IMG/VR virus record: IMGVR_UViG_3300007345_000031
Source of the DNA: an uncultured virus (IMG/VR IMGVR_UViG_3300007345_000031)
Lineage: Duplodnaviria; Heunggongvirae; Uroviricota; Caudoviricetes
Direction: 5' to 3' (one strand)
Length of the DNA: 64,000 nucleotides
The position numbers were made by a program, and so were the translations under genes. This document shows, piece after piece, positions 51,601 through 60,500 of the stretch (its first letter is position 1; each line of letters opens with the position of its first letter). Below the pieces are notes generated by a model, which was not told the origin of the DNA, ran no database searches, and saw only the letters and a program-made list of their open reading frames with translations.

Positions 51601-52950
51601 GAAGCTCCAAAATCCGGAGATAGATTAAAGGTATTGTTCTATAAAGGAACGAGTGGAACTGATGTATTGCCAAAAGAAGTTACTAATGAAGTGCATGAGG
51701 GTGATGAGTTAATAATAAATTATGATAAATCTTTAAATCAAAACAAATTTAATCAACAAGACAATAGATCTGTTTATAGTGTACTTAGTTCTGGAACAGT
51801 TAAAACAAATTCATATTATGGTCCAGGACTATTATCAGACTCTTCTATTCATAGACCTGTTACTCTTTGCAAGCAAACTGAAGATAAAATGATCGAAGGG
51901 TTTGTAGTAAATAAAGATCGTGAGCAGTATGAACCAATCATTTTCCCCACAGCACATTTAATTACTAATATTGGAATAGGTTCTACAATAGCATTTGTTG
52001 ATAATATTCGACCATTCTTCAATCCATCAAATGAAGCATCTAATTTAGATTTCCAAAATGATATAATTATTGTAGAAAATGGAGAAAAGGTTTCTGCAGC
52101 TGCTACTGCAATAGTTGGAGATGACACTCTAATTCAATCTATTGTTATTTCTGAAAATGGTGTTGGTTATAGTACAGCAACTGTGAGCATTGCAAGCACT
52201 GATGGTACTTTGGGTGTTGGAACAACAGCAGTAGCTAAAGCATACGCTATTATAAGTATTGGTGGAACAATAAATTCCATAGCTATTACAACATCTGGAA
52301 TAGGTTATACGAATACAAATCCACCATCAGTGTTAATTTCGCCACCACAATTTGAACAAGAAACTAATAAAGTTGTATCTTTTGAAGGCGATTTTGGTAT
52401 TATTGTTGGTGTTGGAACAACTAATGTTGGGGTTTCTACTGGAATAGCATTTGATTTAATAATACCTCAAGATTCTTATTTGAGAGATACTTCAATTGTC
52501 GGAACTGCAACAACATTAACAGGATTAAAAGAGGGTTATTACTTTACTGTCTTTAATTCAAACGTTGGATATGGTGTGACTTCACTTGATGAAAATAATG
52601 AAATAGTTGGAATTGGAACCACTTGTTTAGATAATGTTTATAGAGTTTCTGGAATCACCACTGCTCTTGAAAGAGATATAATAGGATATGGTTCAACTTA
52701 TGTGACACGAGTTATTGTTAGCATTTCGACTTATTATGGATTGGATAGTGATATTCCATCTCCAGATCAAGTTGTTTCCGGATTTACCACAGATTTCTTT
52801 GGTAAATATAGTTGGGGAAGGTTAATGCTTTCTCAAAGAACTGGAGTAATAACTTATTCAGCACAAACAAATAATGGTGTTGTTGGAATTAATACTGGAT
52901 CTTTTGTGAGGAGAAAAAATTCTTTAAAATTTAGAAATTATACCACATAA
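39661..52950 (+). CDS. gp7: Giant baseplate wedge initiator gp7-like protein (4429 aa) with a YHYH-like domain
   Basis: Lies between gp6 and gp8. KGT..SF..LFK.LF, HSPIIGWAYDG.PIYGPYG, LDENNGRF..TPEFPNG.YAYF, DNDYYQYFSY, HAAGFK. Confidence 0.8.
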   Translation: MAEQRVKVSQIVSNQLPEYVRLQYPQFVQFLTQYYQGQEYPGAPLDLIQNIDSYIKINENGNTVGFTSLSNDIDVIDNSIQVDNTSGFPEKYGLLKINDEIITYSGTTSTSFTGCVRGFSGITSFTSSDNIEDLVFSNSEASSHSEGDNVENLSRLFLQEFFKKIKKQYLYGLGDQKLTDNLNKSQFIRSAKDFYSIKGTDASFKILFKALFGENVEIVRPSDYVISPSNAIYQKTKDLVAEFISGDPYDLVNKTLYQSGDENIPEAYSPVSNVEKISTGSLNKDYYRITIDGSYLKKEGSNTESIYDNFSIHPKTKCIGEIGIGQTFIDVDSTVGFPNSGSLDVVYNDFTTDTITYSNKTINQFLDVSVISKRILDGSDIDYSSFAYSAGLGRTDGIKLRIRSVIGGYNIPKVTYQQNIGSKIKIKSLGKIGNKLKENNWIFNNSQSYNVESLELIDSRNFVYRLTTIDDNILRVGDTLRLKSLNDVFLTDDFTVTTIINNKISLIRGSDVENPNGIVSVNRILNKVKTNIHPQLSKFTANVQNVYIDNDDDSVLVASNSLPYFESPTNPDIQKIILSGLVANNQTTLKVTEDFDHNFFTGDSIYYTPNKDNNGNVISKIFDEGLYFVHRVDSNNVKLAKSGSDLYNEKYVTIDDLSGKANVDITNHIIEKYAFNGKIIEPQKLIRKIPNIHNQRDDEVNEKSLATKAGATGIFINGVEILNYKSHSYVHYGEIEEINLTSPGFGYDVINPPLLSISDSVGSGATGVCGVKGNFVDIDLIDGGFDYLDIPSIQITGGNGKSAKASANTTFVDHTLSFDSSNLLDISVDFELRSGFGGISTETSKIGFSTYHRFKNGESVVYKTLGGNAVTGLSTDSTYYVNVVNDYDIKLHLSKGDALASSGTGINTISLSDFGTGNHSFTAIPKLSVSSIRIIDPGFDYENKKRMCSSAGINTSINTIDILNHGYKTGEIIRYSFNETSIGGLSTTKDYIVTTINNDSFKLSDVGIGSDLKYLYFNRNVFKNLTSSGSGLHTFNYPEISVKVIGKVGVTSIGEDTFEAKVQPIVRGELTSIHLTNNGQNYGTSRILNLKRLPKVSLISGTDAALKPVILNGQIVNVVILNSGKDYTSIPDLIVRGTGTSGKLVPILKDGAIVDVKISRPGVGYEQNSTSIEVLPAGNNAEFESVIQSWRVNEVRKNLSNVKDDDIFVSPSMNDGKGLQCYFAYGPRNLRKLVYSTDRGGRILYGRNDLRIVNGLESSNINHSPIIGWAYDGSPIYGPYGYKTNKGTGGVTQLKSGYTLKLSPNRPPLVNFPEGFFVEDFEWSYSSSEDTLDENNGRFCITPEFPNGIYAYFTTFDAIPSEDGVFKNFKAPTFPYVIGNSYHKTPDEFNFKKRSNQDDINLNDFNISRNTYPYLLSNDNSGYDYLVESYKFTDQDPTITSVNRGNITSIGIVSEGINYQVDDTVVLDASTTSRDFGQSNKVSLIGGVGVSSISCETFIVPNLEFYPNGSTVVAVHTTNHNISNNEALNVVGLSTEKYIKPGQYTVGISSLTFELQNTLNAQNITGIVTYINIKANTTSFFSDLKFVEPNDVYNLYANKTYTESVRVLLPQVGTAITSKALDPESNPTRFTDAAVYDYIWDNYDEFDVDGDGVVSFNDAIVIVRHLYGDEVKERGAFSGNRIFSTGGGISGIGYSGVPAAATRTTNREVRDFLDFRSFHSREGNIGVSTNVITGIQTGYLFYGSDPDNVVRGKVSIGQSVNSTFVAAGTTVTAIGKNSITISNTTTNTETQVGTSITFGNGLYDVDGNGQITVFSDGIMIARVFGPSEFKNPSDNGIAGFATDNTIFDTLKVLNIDPDLGRIRVLRTGNGTYSGVFGSNSELVERSRKVEIPFIGISTVNDSRKTYEYYFNPTESIGIGEDISAGAGTTITFTNPGAGQTQVFVPTRAIYLPYHTLRTGDKVVYKTNIGDTIGVSTVSGGSSVPLTQYSELYVGKINDNFIGLSTVKVSAGTTDGIFVGVTPETEHHELLYFVGLGTGVYHSLTFNNPDTVTGNLEKNIVTVSTSSTHGLSLLDNVFVEVKPNINETIKVKYNKSIRKLIVNEYDYVTSGISSENRTISITDHKLSTGQKVINFLNTSINDDSFKDEGEYYVYVVDRNTIKLTNEKYELFEKTPSFIGLSTLSSGSLSLINPPLNLVKNSTVKFDLSDSSLSYVQNNISYSAFRFDFYRDSSYKDIYVTNELNSLFAVSSEGQIGVTAGANYTLTVNDNTPNRLYYKLTPIDLNQNVIENKQISVDKEVEFFNSIFPIDSDYSGKHTVTGIGSTSFSYLLSVKPEASAYISTNTSLSYNTTSSSAYGPIKNISVGNGGKYYSEIPGISEIVTGIGTGAILNVFSDSIGKINSVRIDDIGFDYPSDLTLKPEVYIPQILRVEQLSKFKSISIITDTQGATGPTNIFRHNIPPKLVVVDGITNKVVDDAILKMNLPEKKVDILQNTFSLSDAIPKLIPTENVTGIGFTSLTYDISTKEVTVSLTNAQGPKFANLNQNTTEDFVNIRVGDNVLVENVSVGVGTTGTGYNSSNYNYKLFPVVGVTTATGIVTFSMSSVIEDDYNPGKFISNLSSPSLLPERLFPKFSIELDKTGFKESEIVKSGSKTGKVIKFDSFNKLVHIESADEFFINDTLISESFGTKAIVKDNTFFESRLDLDYYSIIGRKWSNTTGFISDNLQRVHDNDYYQYFSYAVKSKIGIDKWDESVSTLNHAAGFKKFSDLQIESSVPTSLSMKPTIEEVTTVFITLDNIVDLNCYDNFDLVHENLLISDGNRTFSNEINFTSTILTDYDESISNRVVNIDDVSGEFNSNPRSTPFSEIFRTLTEDTRSQKFITYVRDRTFVGERQLMVATVLTDTDRALGMINQYGTVYTQSDLGSLDYVIDGNDGVLRFYPTKYQYNNYNVSFFAYSLEDIVSISTVSSSHTVGISSELAGKPQGSIASIGSSEILTVGTAVTNLVVISGIGTTLPSVRSAKVLVNIEVDDGQTEFNELNVIHNGTDAHLLEFGQLNAHSIDTFGSSGLGTYGASVSSDNELIIEFTPSVGLGTTAVISANTITVGLSTEIYNNQNSGLGSESTLSSGTLITKCTELIGGSAESVAEFSSEFDAAYSIIQVADLDNDMYQMSEAIIVSDGTDAHITEFGNVETNHSLGEMTGGVNSGITQITFTPAAGVGDLHVKSFTHAIKVDTGTDSGEIDLDNSKLITNSGTYTGTELDVRKDFEILHKTYPVFKRVFDGSDSSFVDVVNNKIILPYHFFTTGEKVEYRPKTGIGTNSIGIDDITVGSGTTDKLPTTVYVIKLSESEIRFAQTAENALKPFPEPITITSVGINSDHSITSTNQNQRVLISIDNYIQSPIVSTSVTTSLADQVLITEDSVKFSGITSFFSGDYIKIDDEIMRIRGVGIGSTNAITVFRAWAGTSLAGHSTDSLVTKIKGNYNIIGNTLNFIEAPFGNNPISSTTNAPSERDWEGITTSSSFHARAFMKTGVVGATTDTYAGNYIFDDISQNFSGSEDTYIITSGNSNVVGISTNNAIVLINGILQEPGLNNDFTITEDSDVGISSIKFTGTASATSTDPNSLNVPVGGIIVSVASSRGLGYQPLISAGATAVISVGNTVESITIGNTGSGYRSNNIYEIETTTKYSVGVGSTNILLSNTNSALNVINLNTSSTNTIAIGTYIKETTSIVSIANTFVGIGSTSPYEIPAGTSVKIQIENPDVGIVNVGVATTSLGIVNVTHVGFSTINAGFVTSVTITNGGDGFSSTNPPYVIFDEPLPYSNIPLVYSETSVGSGGTQAKVNITVGQGSSVIDFEIINQGYGYGQGHVLTIPTGGITGIPTDSSIGTSFEEFKLTIQETLTDEFSAWFIGEIEPLDDFSDLFDGSRKTFSLFRSGNRLSVQSDYGSIVNVDDVLIVFINDILQIPGDSYTFSSGSTITFSEAPKSGDRLKVLFYKGTSGTDVLPKEVTNEVHEGDELIINYDKSLNQNKFNQQDNRSVYSVLSSGTVKTNSYYGPGLLSDSSIHRPVTLCKQTEDKMIEGFVVNKDREQYEPIIFPTAHLITNIGIGSTIAFVDNIRPFFNPSNEASNLDFQNDIIIVENGEKVSAAATAIVGDDTLIQSIVISENGVGYSTATVSIASTDGTLGVGTTAVAKAYAIISIGGTINSIAITTSGIGYTNTNPPSVLISPPQFEQETNKVVSFEGDFGIIVGVGTTNVGVSTGIAFDLIIPQDSYLRDTSIVGTATTLTGLKEGYYFTVFNSNVGYGVTSLDENNEIVGIGTTCLDNVYRVSGITTALERDIIGYGSTYVTRVIVSISTYYGLDSDIPSPDQVVSGFTTDFFGKYSWGRLMLSQRTGVITYSAQTNNGVVGINTGSFVRRKNSLKFRNYTT

Positions 52951-52968
52951 ATAACTAAAAACATAAAA

Positions 52969-54519
52969 ATGGCTGCAATTGTAACAGACAAGATTAGAAT
53001 ATTAAATGCGAAAAATTTTGTAGCAGGTATTTTGACTACTACAAATTCATACTATACTTTTGTGGGATTACCAAATCCCACATCTATTCAAAGTGACTGG
53101 AATGAAGACCCTCCATCTCCTGTAGATAATTTTGATAATGAGTCTGATATTTGGGATACGGCAATAGCACTTAAAAAGATAACAACGAATGATGTCAGAC
53201 AAGTTGTCAATAAAAATACTTGGGAATCTGGAACGACTTACGATTACTATCGTCCAGATTATAGTGCTTCAAACCCACCAAAAAATTCAAATGGAACATC
53301 TTTATACACAGCAAATTATTACGTAATTAATAGTGATAATCGTGTTTATATTTGTCTTCAGAATGGAACTGCACCAGAAACTCCTGATGGAAAACCATCA
53401 CTAGATGAACCACAATTTGTGGATTTAGAACCTAGATCCGCAGGCACTAGTGGAGATGGTTATATATGGAAATATCTTTATACTATAAAACCATCAGAAT
53501 TAATTAAGTTTGATTCTACAAGTTATATGCCAGTCCCATTAAACTGGCAAACTGATAGTGAGCATGATGCAGTGAGAAATAATGCTGTTGATGGGAGTAT
53601 TAAAGTTGTCGTAATTCAAAATAGAGGTGTAGGAGTAGGCACTGCAAATAGAACTTATCGTAGAGTTCCAATTAAGGGAGATGGTTCAGGTGCTGAATGT
53701 ACTGTTACTGTAAATAATGATCAAGAAATAGAAAGTGTAACTATTTCTAATCAAGGTTCTGGATATACTTTTGGAAATGTTGATTTAAAGTCTGGAGGAG
53801 TTCCTGATGCTTCAACAATACCAGTTTTAGATGTAGTAGCAACTCCTGCTGGAGGTCATGGTTATGATATCTACAATGAGCTTGGTGCATCTAATGTGCT
53901 TTTATACACTAGAATAGAAAATGATTTGGAAAATCCAGATTTCATTACAGGAAATGAAATATCTAGAATAGGTGTTGTTGAAAATCCACTTTCATTTGGT
54001 TCAAATCAACTATTGAATTCAGATAAGGCAAGTGCCGTTTATGCAATTCGTTTAACTGGTATTGGTTATAGTTCGGCAGTTTTTACTGCAGATTCTACTA
54101 TAACTCAAACTGTTGGAACCGGAGTTACTGCTGCTGGAAAAGTTATTAATTACGATAAAGAAACTGGGGTGCTAAAGTATTGGCAGGATAGAACATTAGC
54201 TGGGTTTAACACGGTTGGAACTTCCCAAACTAATCCACAATATGGATATAACCTAACAAGATTCACGGCATCTCCAACTTCTGGAGGAAGTTTTTTGATT
54301 AATGGTGGAAGTGTAACTTTATCAATTAGTACCTCTTTTAGTGGTTTCTCGACCACAATAAATAATAGAACATATTTCCTTGGGCAATCTTTCGAAAATG
54401 GATTATCAAATCCAGAAGTAAAAAAACATTCTGGAAATATTATCTACATCGATAACAGACCCGCTATAACAAGATCTTCAAATCAAAAAGAAGATGTCAA
54501 GATTATTTTGCAATTCTAA
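52969..54519 (+). CDS. gp8: Baseplate wedge protein gp8
   Basis: W..GTTYDYY, VYICL.N, DGYIWKYLYTI, SGNIIYIDNR.AI.RS.NQKEDVKIILQF. Confidence 0.9.
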   Translation: MAAIVTDKIRILNAKNFVAGILTTTNSYYTFVGLPNPTSIQSDWNEDPPSPVDNFDNESDIWDTAIALKKITTNDVRQVVNKNTWESGTTYDYYRPDYSASNPPKNSNGTSLYTANYYVINSDNRVYICLQNGTAPETPDGKPSLDEPQFVDLEPRSAGTSGDGYIWKYLYTIKPSELIKFDSTSYMPVPLNWQTDSEHDAVRNNAVDGSIKVVVIQNRGVGVGTANRTYRRVPIKGDGSGAECTVTVNNDQEIESVTISNQGSGYTFGNVDLKSGGVPDASTIPVLDVVATPAGGHGYDIYNELGASNVLLYTRIENDLENPDFITGNEISRIGVVENPLSFGSNQLLNSDKASAVYAIRLTGIGYSSAVFTADSTITQTVGTGVTAAGKVINYDKETGVLKYWQDRTLAGFNTVGTSQTNPQYGYNLTRFTASPTSGGSFLINGGSVTLSISTSFSGFSTTINNRTYFLGQSFENGLSNPEVKKHSGNIIYIDNRPAITRSSNQKEDVKIILQF

Positions 54520-54534
54520 TATCCAATAACTCCC

Positions 54535-57500
54535 ATGGCTCAACAAACAAATTTAAATGTTTCTCCATATTTTGACGATTTTGATGCTGACAAGAATTAT
54601 CATAAAATTCTGTTTAAACCGGGATATCCTGTTCAAGCCAGAGAGTTAACAGGTGTTCAATCCATAATACAAAATCAAATTGATAGATTTGGGCAACATG
54701 TGTTTAAAGATGGTGCCAAAGTTATTCCCGGAAATTGGTCTTACTACTCAAACTATCCTGGAATTAGAATAAACAATACTCATCTTGGTGTTCCAGTATC
54801 ACTATATACTGATCAATTGGTTGGTAAAAGAATTATTGGTCAAACTTCAGGAATTACAGCTATAGTTGATTATGTATTACCTCCAGAACTATCTAGTACT
54901 GGAGATACTGTTTTATATGTTCAATATGCATCATCATCTGCAACCGATAAAGAAAGTGATACTTTTTTGGATGGAGAATTTTTAAATTTACAATCAGATG
55001 TTATCACGACAGAGTTAAATGATAATTTTATACCTCAAGGAGAGTCATTTGCATCAACAATATCGTCAAACTCTAATATCACAGGTTCATCATTTTCAAT
55101 AAATGATGGTGTTTATTTTATTAGAGGATATTTTGTAGATGTACAATCTGAAAGAATTTTGTTGGCAGAAAATAATGCTGATGTTGAAAGATTTAATGTA
55201 AGAATTGGATTTAGAATACTCGAAGAAATTGTAACTTCTGATTTTGATGAATCTTTAACAGACAATGCTAAAGGATTTAATAATTATGCAGCACCAGGAG
55301 CAGATAGATTTAAATTATCAGTGTCTCTTGCATATAAATCATTAACCGATTCCAATGATGCAGATTTTGTAGAATTAGCTAGAGTTGAAAACGATACTCT
55401 TCAAGAGATACAAAAATATACTGAGTATGATCATCTTGCTGACGAATTTGCTAGAAGAACATTTGAAGAATCTGGCGATTATTTTGTAAAAGATTTTGAT
55501 ATAAGTGTTTTAGAATCATTAAATAATGGTAACAATGGTGGTATTTTTTATGATGGAGAAACAACATATTCTGGTGGAACGCCAAATCCGAGCACTGCAA
55601 TATACAAAATTTCTCCTGGATGTGCTTATGTTAGAGGATACAGAATTGATAGAACTTCTCCAACATATTTGGATATTGCAAAACCAAGAACTACAAAAGA
55701 ATTAACAGGTCAAAGTATAGAATATAATACTGGAGCAACTTTTAAACTGAATAGAGTTAAAGGTGCTCCCACGATTGGAATTGGAAATACTTATATTGTA
55801 AGTTTAAGAGATCAACGTATAGATCCAAGAGCTGCTGGTTTGGGAACAGATCCTGTTTTGCCGAATAAAGAAATTGGTATTGCTAGAGTATATGATTTTG
55901 CATTGGAAGGTGGTTCTTATGATACTACTGATGGGGACATAAATCAATGGGATATTACATTATATGATATTCAAACGTTTACTGATATTAAATTAAATGA
56001 GCCAATAACTCTTAGTGTTCCTACCCATATTAAAGGAAAATATTCTGGAGCAACAGGATTTTTAAGAAGTCCTGTAAGTGCAGGAACAGCGATGACTGTA
56101 TATGACACAAAGGGTGATTTTGTTTTAAATGAACCATTCATATTTGATGGTGTAGAAAATAGTAGAATTGGTGTGGGTCTCACAATTCACAAACTATCTG
56201 ATGCAAAATCGATTATTGGTGGAGCAGGTTTATTAGGGGATGTTGGTTCTGGAGTTTCATTTACTGCAGATATTATGCTTTCCAGAATTGGTTATAATAT
56301 TGGTCTTGGAACTATTACTTCTTCCAGCATCAGCAATAGCGTGACGAGCTATCATCTTTTCGGTACTTTAGATCCTGACGGAAATCCTGGAGTATCTACA
56401 TTTATTGCCGAAAATATGAACGGACTTCTCAATAATGTGGAAGTTAATGATATTATCAGGTATACCACAACGGGTTCAAATGGTGGTTCTGATGTGCCTG
56501 ATGGTGGAAGAACCTGGTATAATAGAGTTGTCAAGATTGTAAGGACCGAAGAAGACACGGAAACTGCACCATCACCTGGATTAGCAGGTATGGGAAGTTT
56601 TGGAAGATATGGACAACACTTACTAGTAACTCCAATTCCGAATATTCCTGGTAGAGTAGAAGCTACTGGTCCAACTGTAAATAATATTGCCAGTGGTAGA
56701 AATCCGTACGGATTTGTAGGTCACTCTGGTAGAATACTTGGTGGAACTAATGCAACCTGGAATGTACAAGATGCAGTTATCTTAAAATCCCCCCTAATCA
56801 GTTCCACTAACAATACTTTATATACAAAAATACCAAAAAATAATATTTCCGATGTAACTTTAGATGATGCACAACTGGTTATTAGAAAAACATTTGATGT
56901 AACAATTGCTGATAACCAGTTGTCATCTGCATTGGTAGCAGGTGACAATGAAACATTTGAACCTTTTGATGAAGAAGATTATATTTTAATTCGCACTGAT
57001 GGTGATGATGGGGGAACAGAGGTTCTTACGGAAGATAAATTTGAGATAACTTCAGGCGGAAAATCTTTACAAATAAGAAATTTAAGTGACACTGGTGGTG
57101 CAGCAAAATTAATAGCAACTCTTCGTAAAGTAAAACCAACTTCAAAAATAAAAATAAAGAACAAAATTAATACTATTGTAATTGATAAATCAAATGATGT
57201 TGGTTCTGGAGCAGGGTCAACTACTCTCAATGATGGTTTAACATATGGAAATTATCCGTTTGGTACAAAAGTTCAAGATGAATCAATATCTTTAAATGTA
57301 CCAGATGTTGTGGAAGTTCTGGGAATTTTTGAATCAAAAGATACCTCAGCTCCATCGGCACCAAAATTAACATTGAATGCACTAACCGGTCCTTCTGGAA
57401 CAACGGACGATTTAATAATTGGTGAAAAGGTATTTGGTCAAACATCCAAAGCAGTTGCTATTGTTGCATCAAAATTATCATCAAATCAAATAGAATGTTT

Positions 57501-60500
57501 ATTTAAAACAGATGTCAAATTTGAAATTGGAGAGGTTTTACGATTCCAAGAATCGTCTGTTCGTGCTCTTCCGTCAGCATTAGATGAAACAAGTAAAAAT
57601 ATATCATCACATTATCTTTATAATAGTGGACAAACTGGTTCGATCTATAATTATTCTTCCATAAAAAGAAAACCAGGTTTTGAAAAACCAAAGAAACAAA
57701 TAAAAGTATATTTTTCAAATTTATATTTTAGTTCATCGGATGATGGCGATATTGTAACTGCAAGATCATATAGCACTGGAATAGATTATGCTAAAGATAT
57801 TAGAACGGTTAATGGAATAAGAAACACTGATATTATTGACATTAGACCAAGGGTTTCTACTTATGGTGTTGAAGTTGATAAGAGGTCTCCTCTAGAATTT
57901 TTTGGTAGAACTTTTAATCAAAGTGGAAATTCTGCTGCAAATATTTTAGCCTCAGATAAATCAATACTTATTGATTATACATTTTATCTTGGAAGAATTG
58001 ATAGGATTTATCTTTCAAAAACGGGAGCTATTACAGTTCAAAAAGGAGATCCATCAGAACATCCCAAAAAACCAGTTTCAATTGATGAAGCTTTAGAGTT
58101 AGGATTTATAAATCTTCCACCATATCTATATTCTTCTAGACAAGCAAAAGTTTCATTTTTAGAACATAAGAGATATAGAATGAAGGATATCTCTAAATTG
58201 GAAAATAGAATTAAAAATTTAGAATATTATACTTCTTTATCATTACTGGAAACGAATACTGAAAATCTATTTGTACCAGATGATGAAGGATTGAATAAAT
58301 TTAAATCTGGATTTTTTGTTGATAACTTCAAGACAAATCTCAATCAAGAGGGCAGTATTCCTCTTAAAAATAGTATTGATATTGGAAATAGTGAATTGCG
58401 CCCAAGACATTATACAAATTCTGTAGATTTAGAAATAGGACCTGTTGATGGAGTTTCTCCTGATACTGATGCTAGATGGAGTATTCCCGAAGGTACTAAT
58501 ATTGCAAGAAGTGCAAATAATTTATTAACATTGTCTTATAATGAATTACTCTGGAAAACACAACCATTTGGTACAAGAGAAGAAAGTGTAACCCCATATT
58601 TGATAGATGTATGGTATGGTAGATTAACTCTAGACCCATCATCAGATACCTGGGTAGATACTGTAAGAATAGATGCAAAAGTAATTCAAGTTGAAGGAAA
58701 TTATAATGATACGATTGCCATTCTTGGTGCAGATCCACAAACTGGGTTAGGGCCAATAATTTGGGATGCTCCAGAGACTGTTTGGACTGGCACGAGGACC
58801 AATTCATTCTCTGTTCAAAGAACCGAAGTTGGTAATTTTTCAATTGATACAGACCTTGAAACTAATATTAACACATCGCAAGATGCACTTAGAGCAGGTC
58901 AAACAACTACGGTGAATGGAAGTGTTTCTAGTACATTTGAGGTAGAACTATCAGGTACGGAAACAGTATTTGAAGATACTATTACAGAGACGTTCAATAC
59001 AGGTACAGAAACAAGGAATGGTGTAAGGGCTCTTATTACTGAAAGATATGATCAAGAATCTCAAGGAGATAAAGTTGTAAGTAGAGAGTTAATCACTTTC
59101 ATGAGGAGACGCAATATTACTTTTATTGGTTCTCAATTGAAACCACAGACTAAACTCTATGCGTATTTTGATGGCGTTAAAGTTGATAAGTATGTTACTC
59201 CAAAACTTTTACAAGTTGAAATGATTTCGGGGGTATTTCAAGTTGGAGAAACTGTTGCAACTGATATAGTTCCTGGTACATATACAAATCCTTATATAAA
59301 ATTTAGACTTGCAAGACCTGATCATAAAGAAGGTCCTTTCAATGATCCATCTAGGACATATACTTCAAATCCATATACTACTGTTGTTTCTACATCAACT
59401 GAAAGTTATTACGACTTAGCAGCTAGATCTGAACTTAATGCCATTCCATCTTCATACTCATCAACTTCAGATATATTAAATATTGACCTATTATCTTTAT
59501 CAAGTCGTGGTAATGGATTCTTTGGTTATGCTTCAGTTGGAATGATATTGAAGGGTCAAACTAGTGGTGCCATTGCTCGTGTAACAGCTAAAGATTTAAT
59601 AACTGATATTGCTTCTACAATATATGGAGATTTACGTATTCCAAATCCAAATTTTGCATCTAATTTGAAATTTGAAACTGGCAGTAAAGTTTTAACTTTA
59701 ACTGATAATCCAAATTCTTTCAGCTCATTTAATAAAACAAGTGCTCAAGCAGAATTTGTATCTTCTGGTACATTAGAAACGGTTCAAGAAGAAATTATCA
59801 GTACAAGAAATGCTCAAGTTCGATATCAAGAACTTCAAACTTCACGCACAGTTGAGGAATTTGTAGGATCTGACGTTGTGACAGAAGTTGTAAGCACTAC
59901 AAACTTTACAGATAATGGTTCAACTACTTCAAATGACACTTTTAGTCTTCAGATACCTCCAGGTGCACAAGGTGCCACAGGTGCACAAGGTGCCACAGGT
60001 GCCACAGGTGCACAAGGTGCACGAGGTGGAACAGGTGGTGGCGGCCGTGCTTTCTGGAATAATTTCGATCCTAGAACCCAGACTGGGTTCCACAACGTGC
60101 CGGTGCGGTGGAACAACGGCGGTGGTGGTGGTGGTGACCCCATCGCACAAACTTTCTTATGTGAAGAACCTAGTGGACTGTTCTTAACTTCTTTAGATGT
60201 CTTTTTCTCTCAAGTTGATCCTGATGGAATCCCTGTAATTTTTCAATTAAGAAATGTTGTCAACGGATATCCAGAATCTAATGTGTTTATACCAGGTTCT
60301 GAAGTATATATCGAACCATCAGAGATTCAGGTTTCACCAGATGGATCTATTCCCACAAGAATTAATTTGCCAGGTCCAGTTTATTTGAGTCCGGGAAAAG
60401 AATACGCTTTAATATTAATGTCAGCATCTACATCATATAAAGTTTTAATATCTAGAGTTAAAGAAAATGATTTAATAACTGATGAATTTGTTAGCACTCA

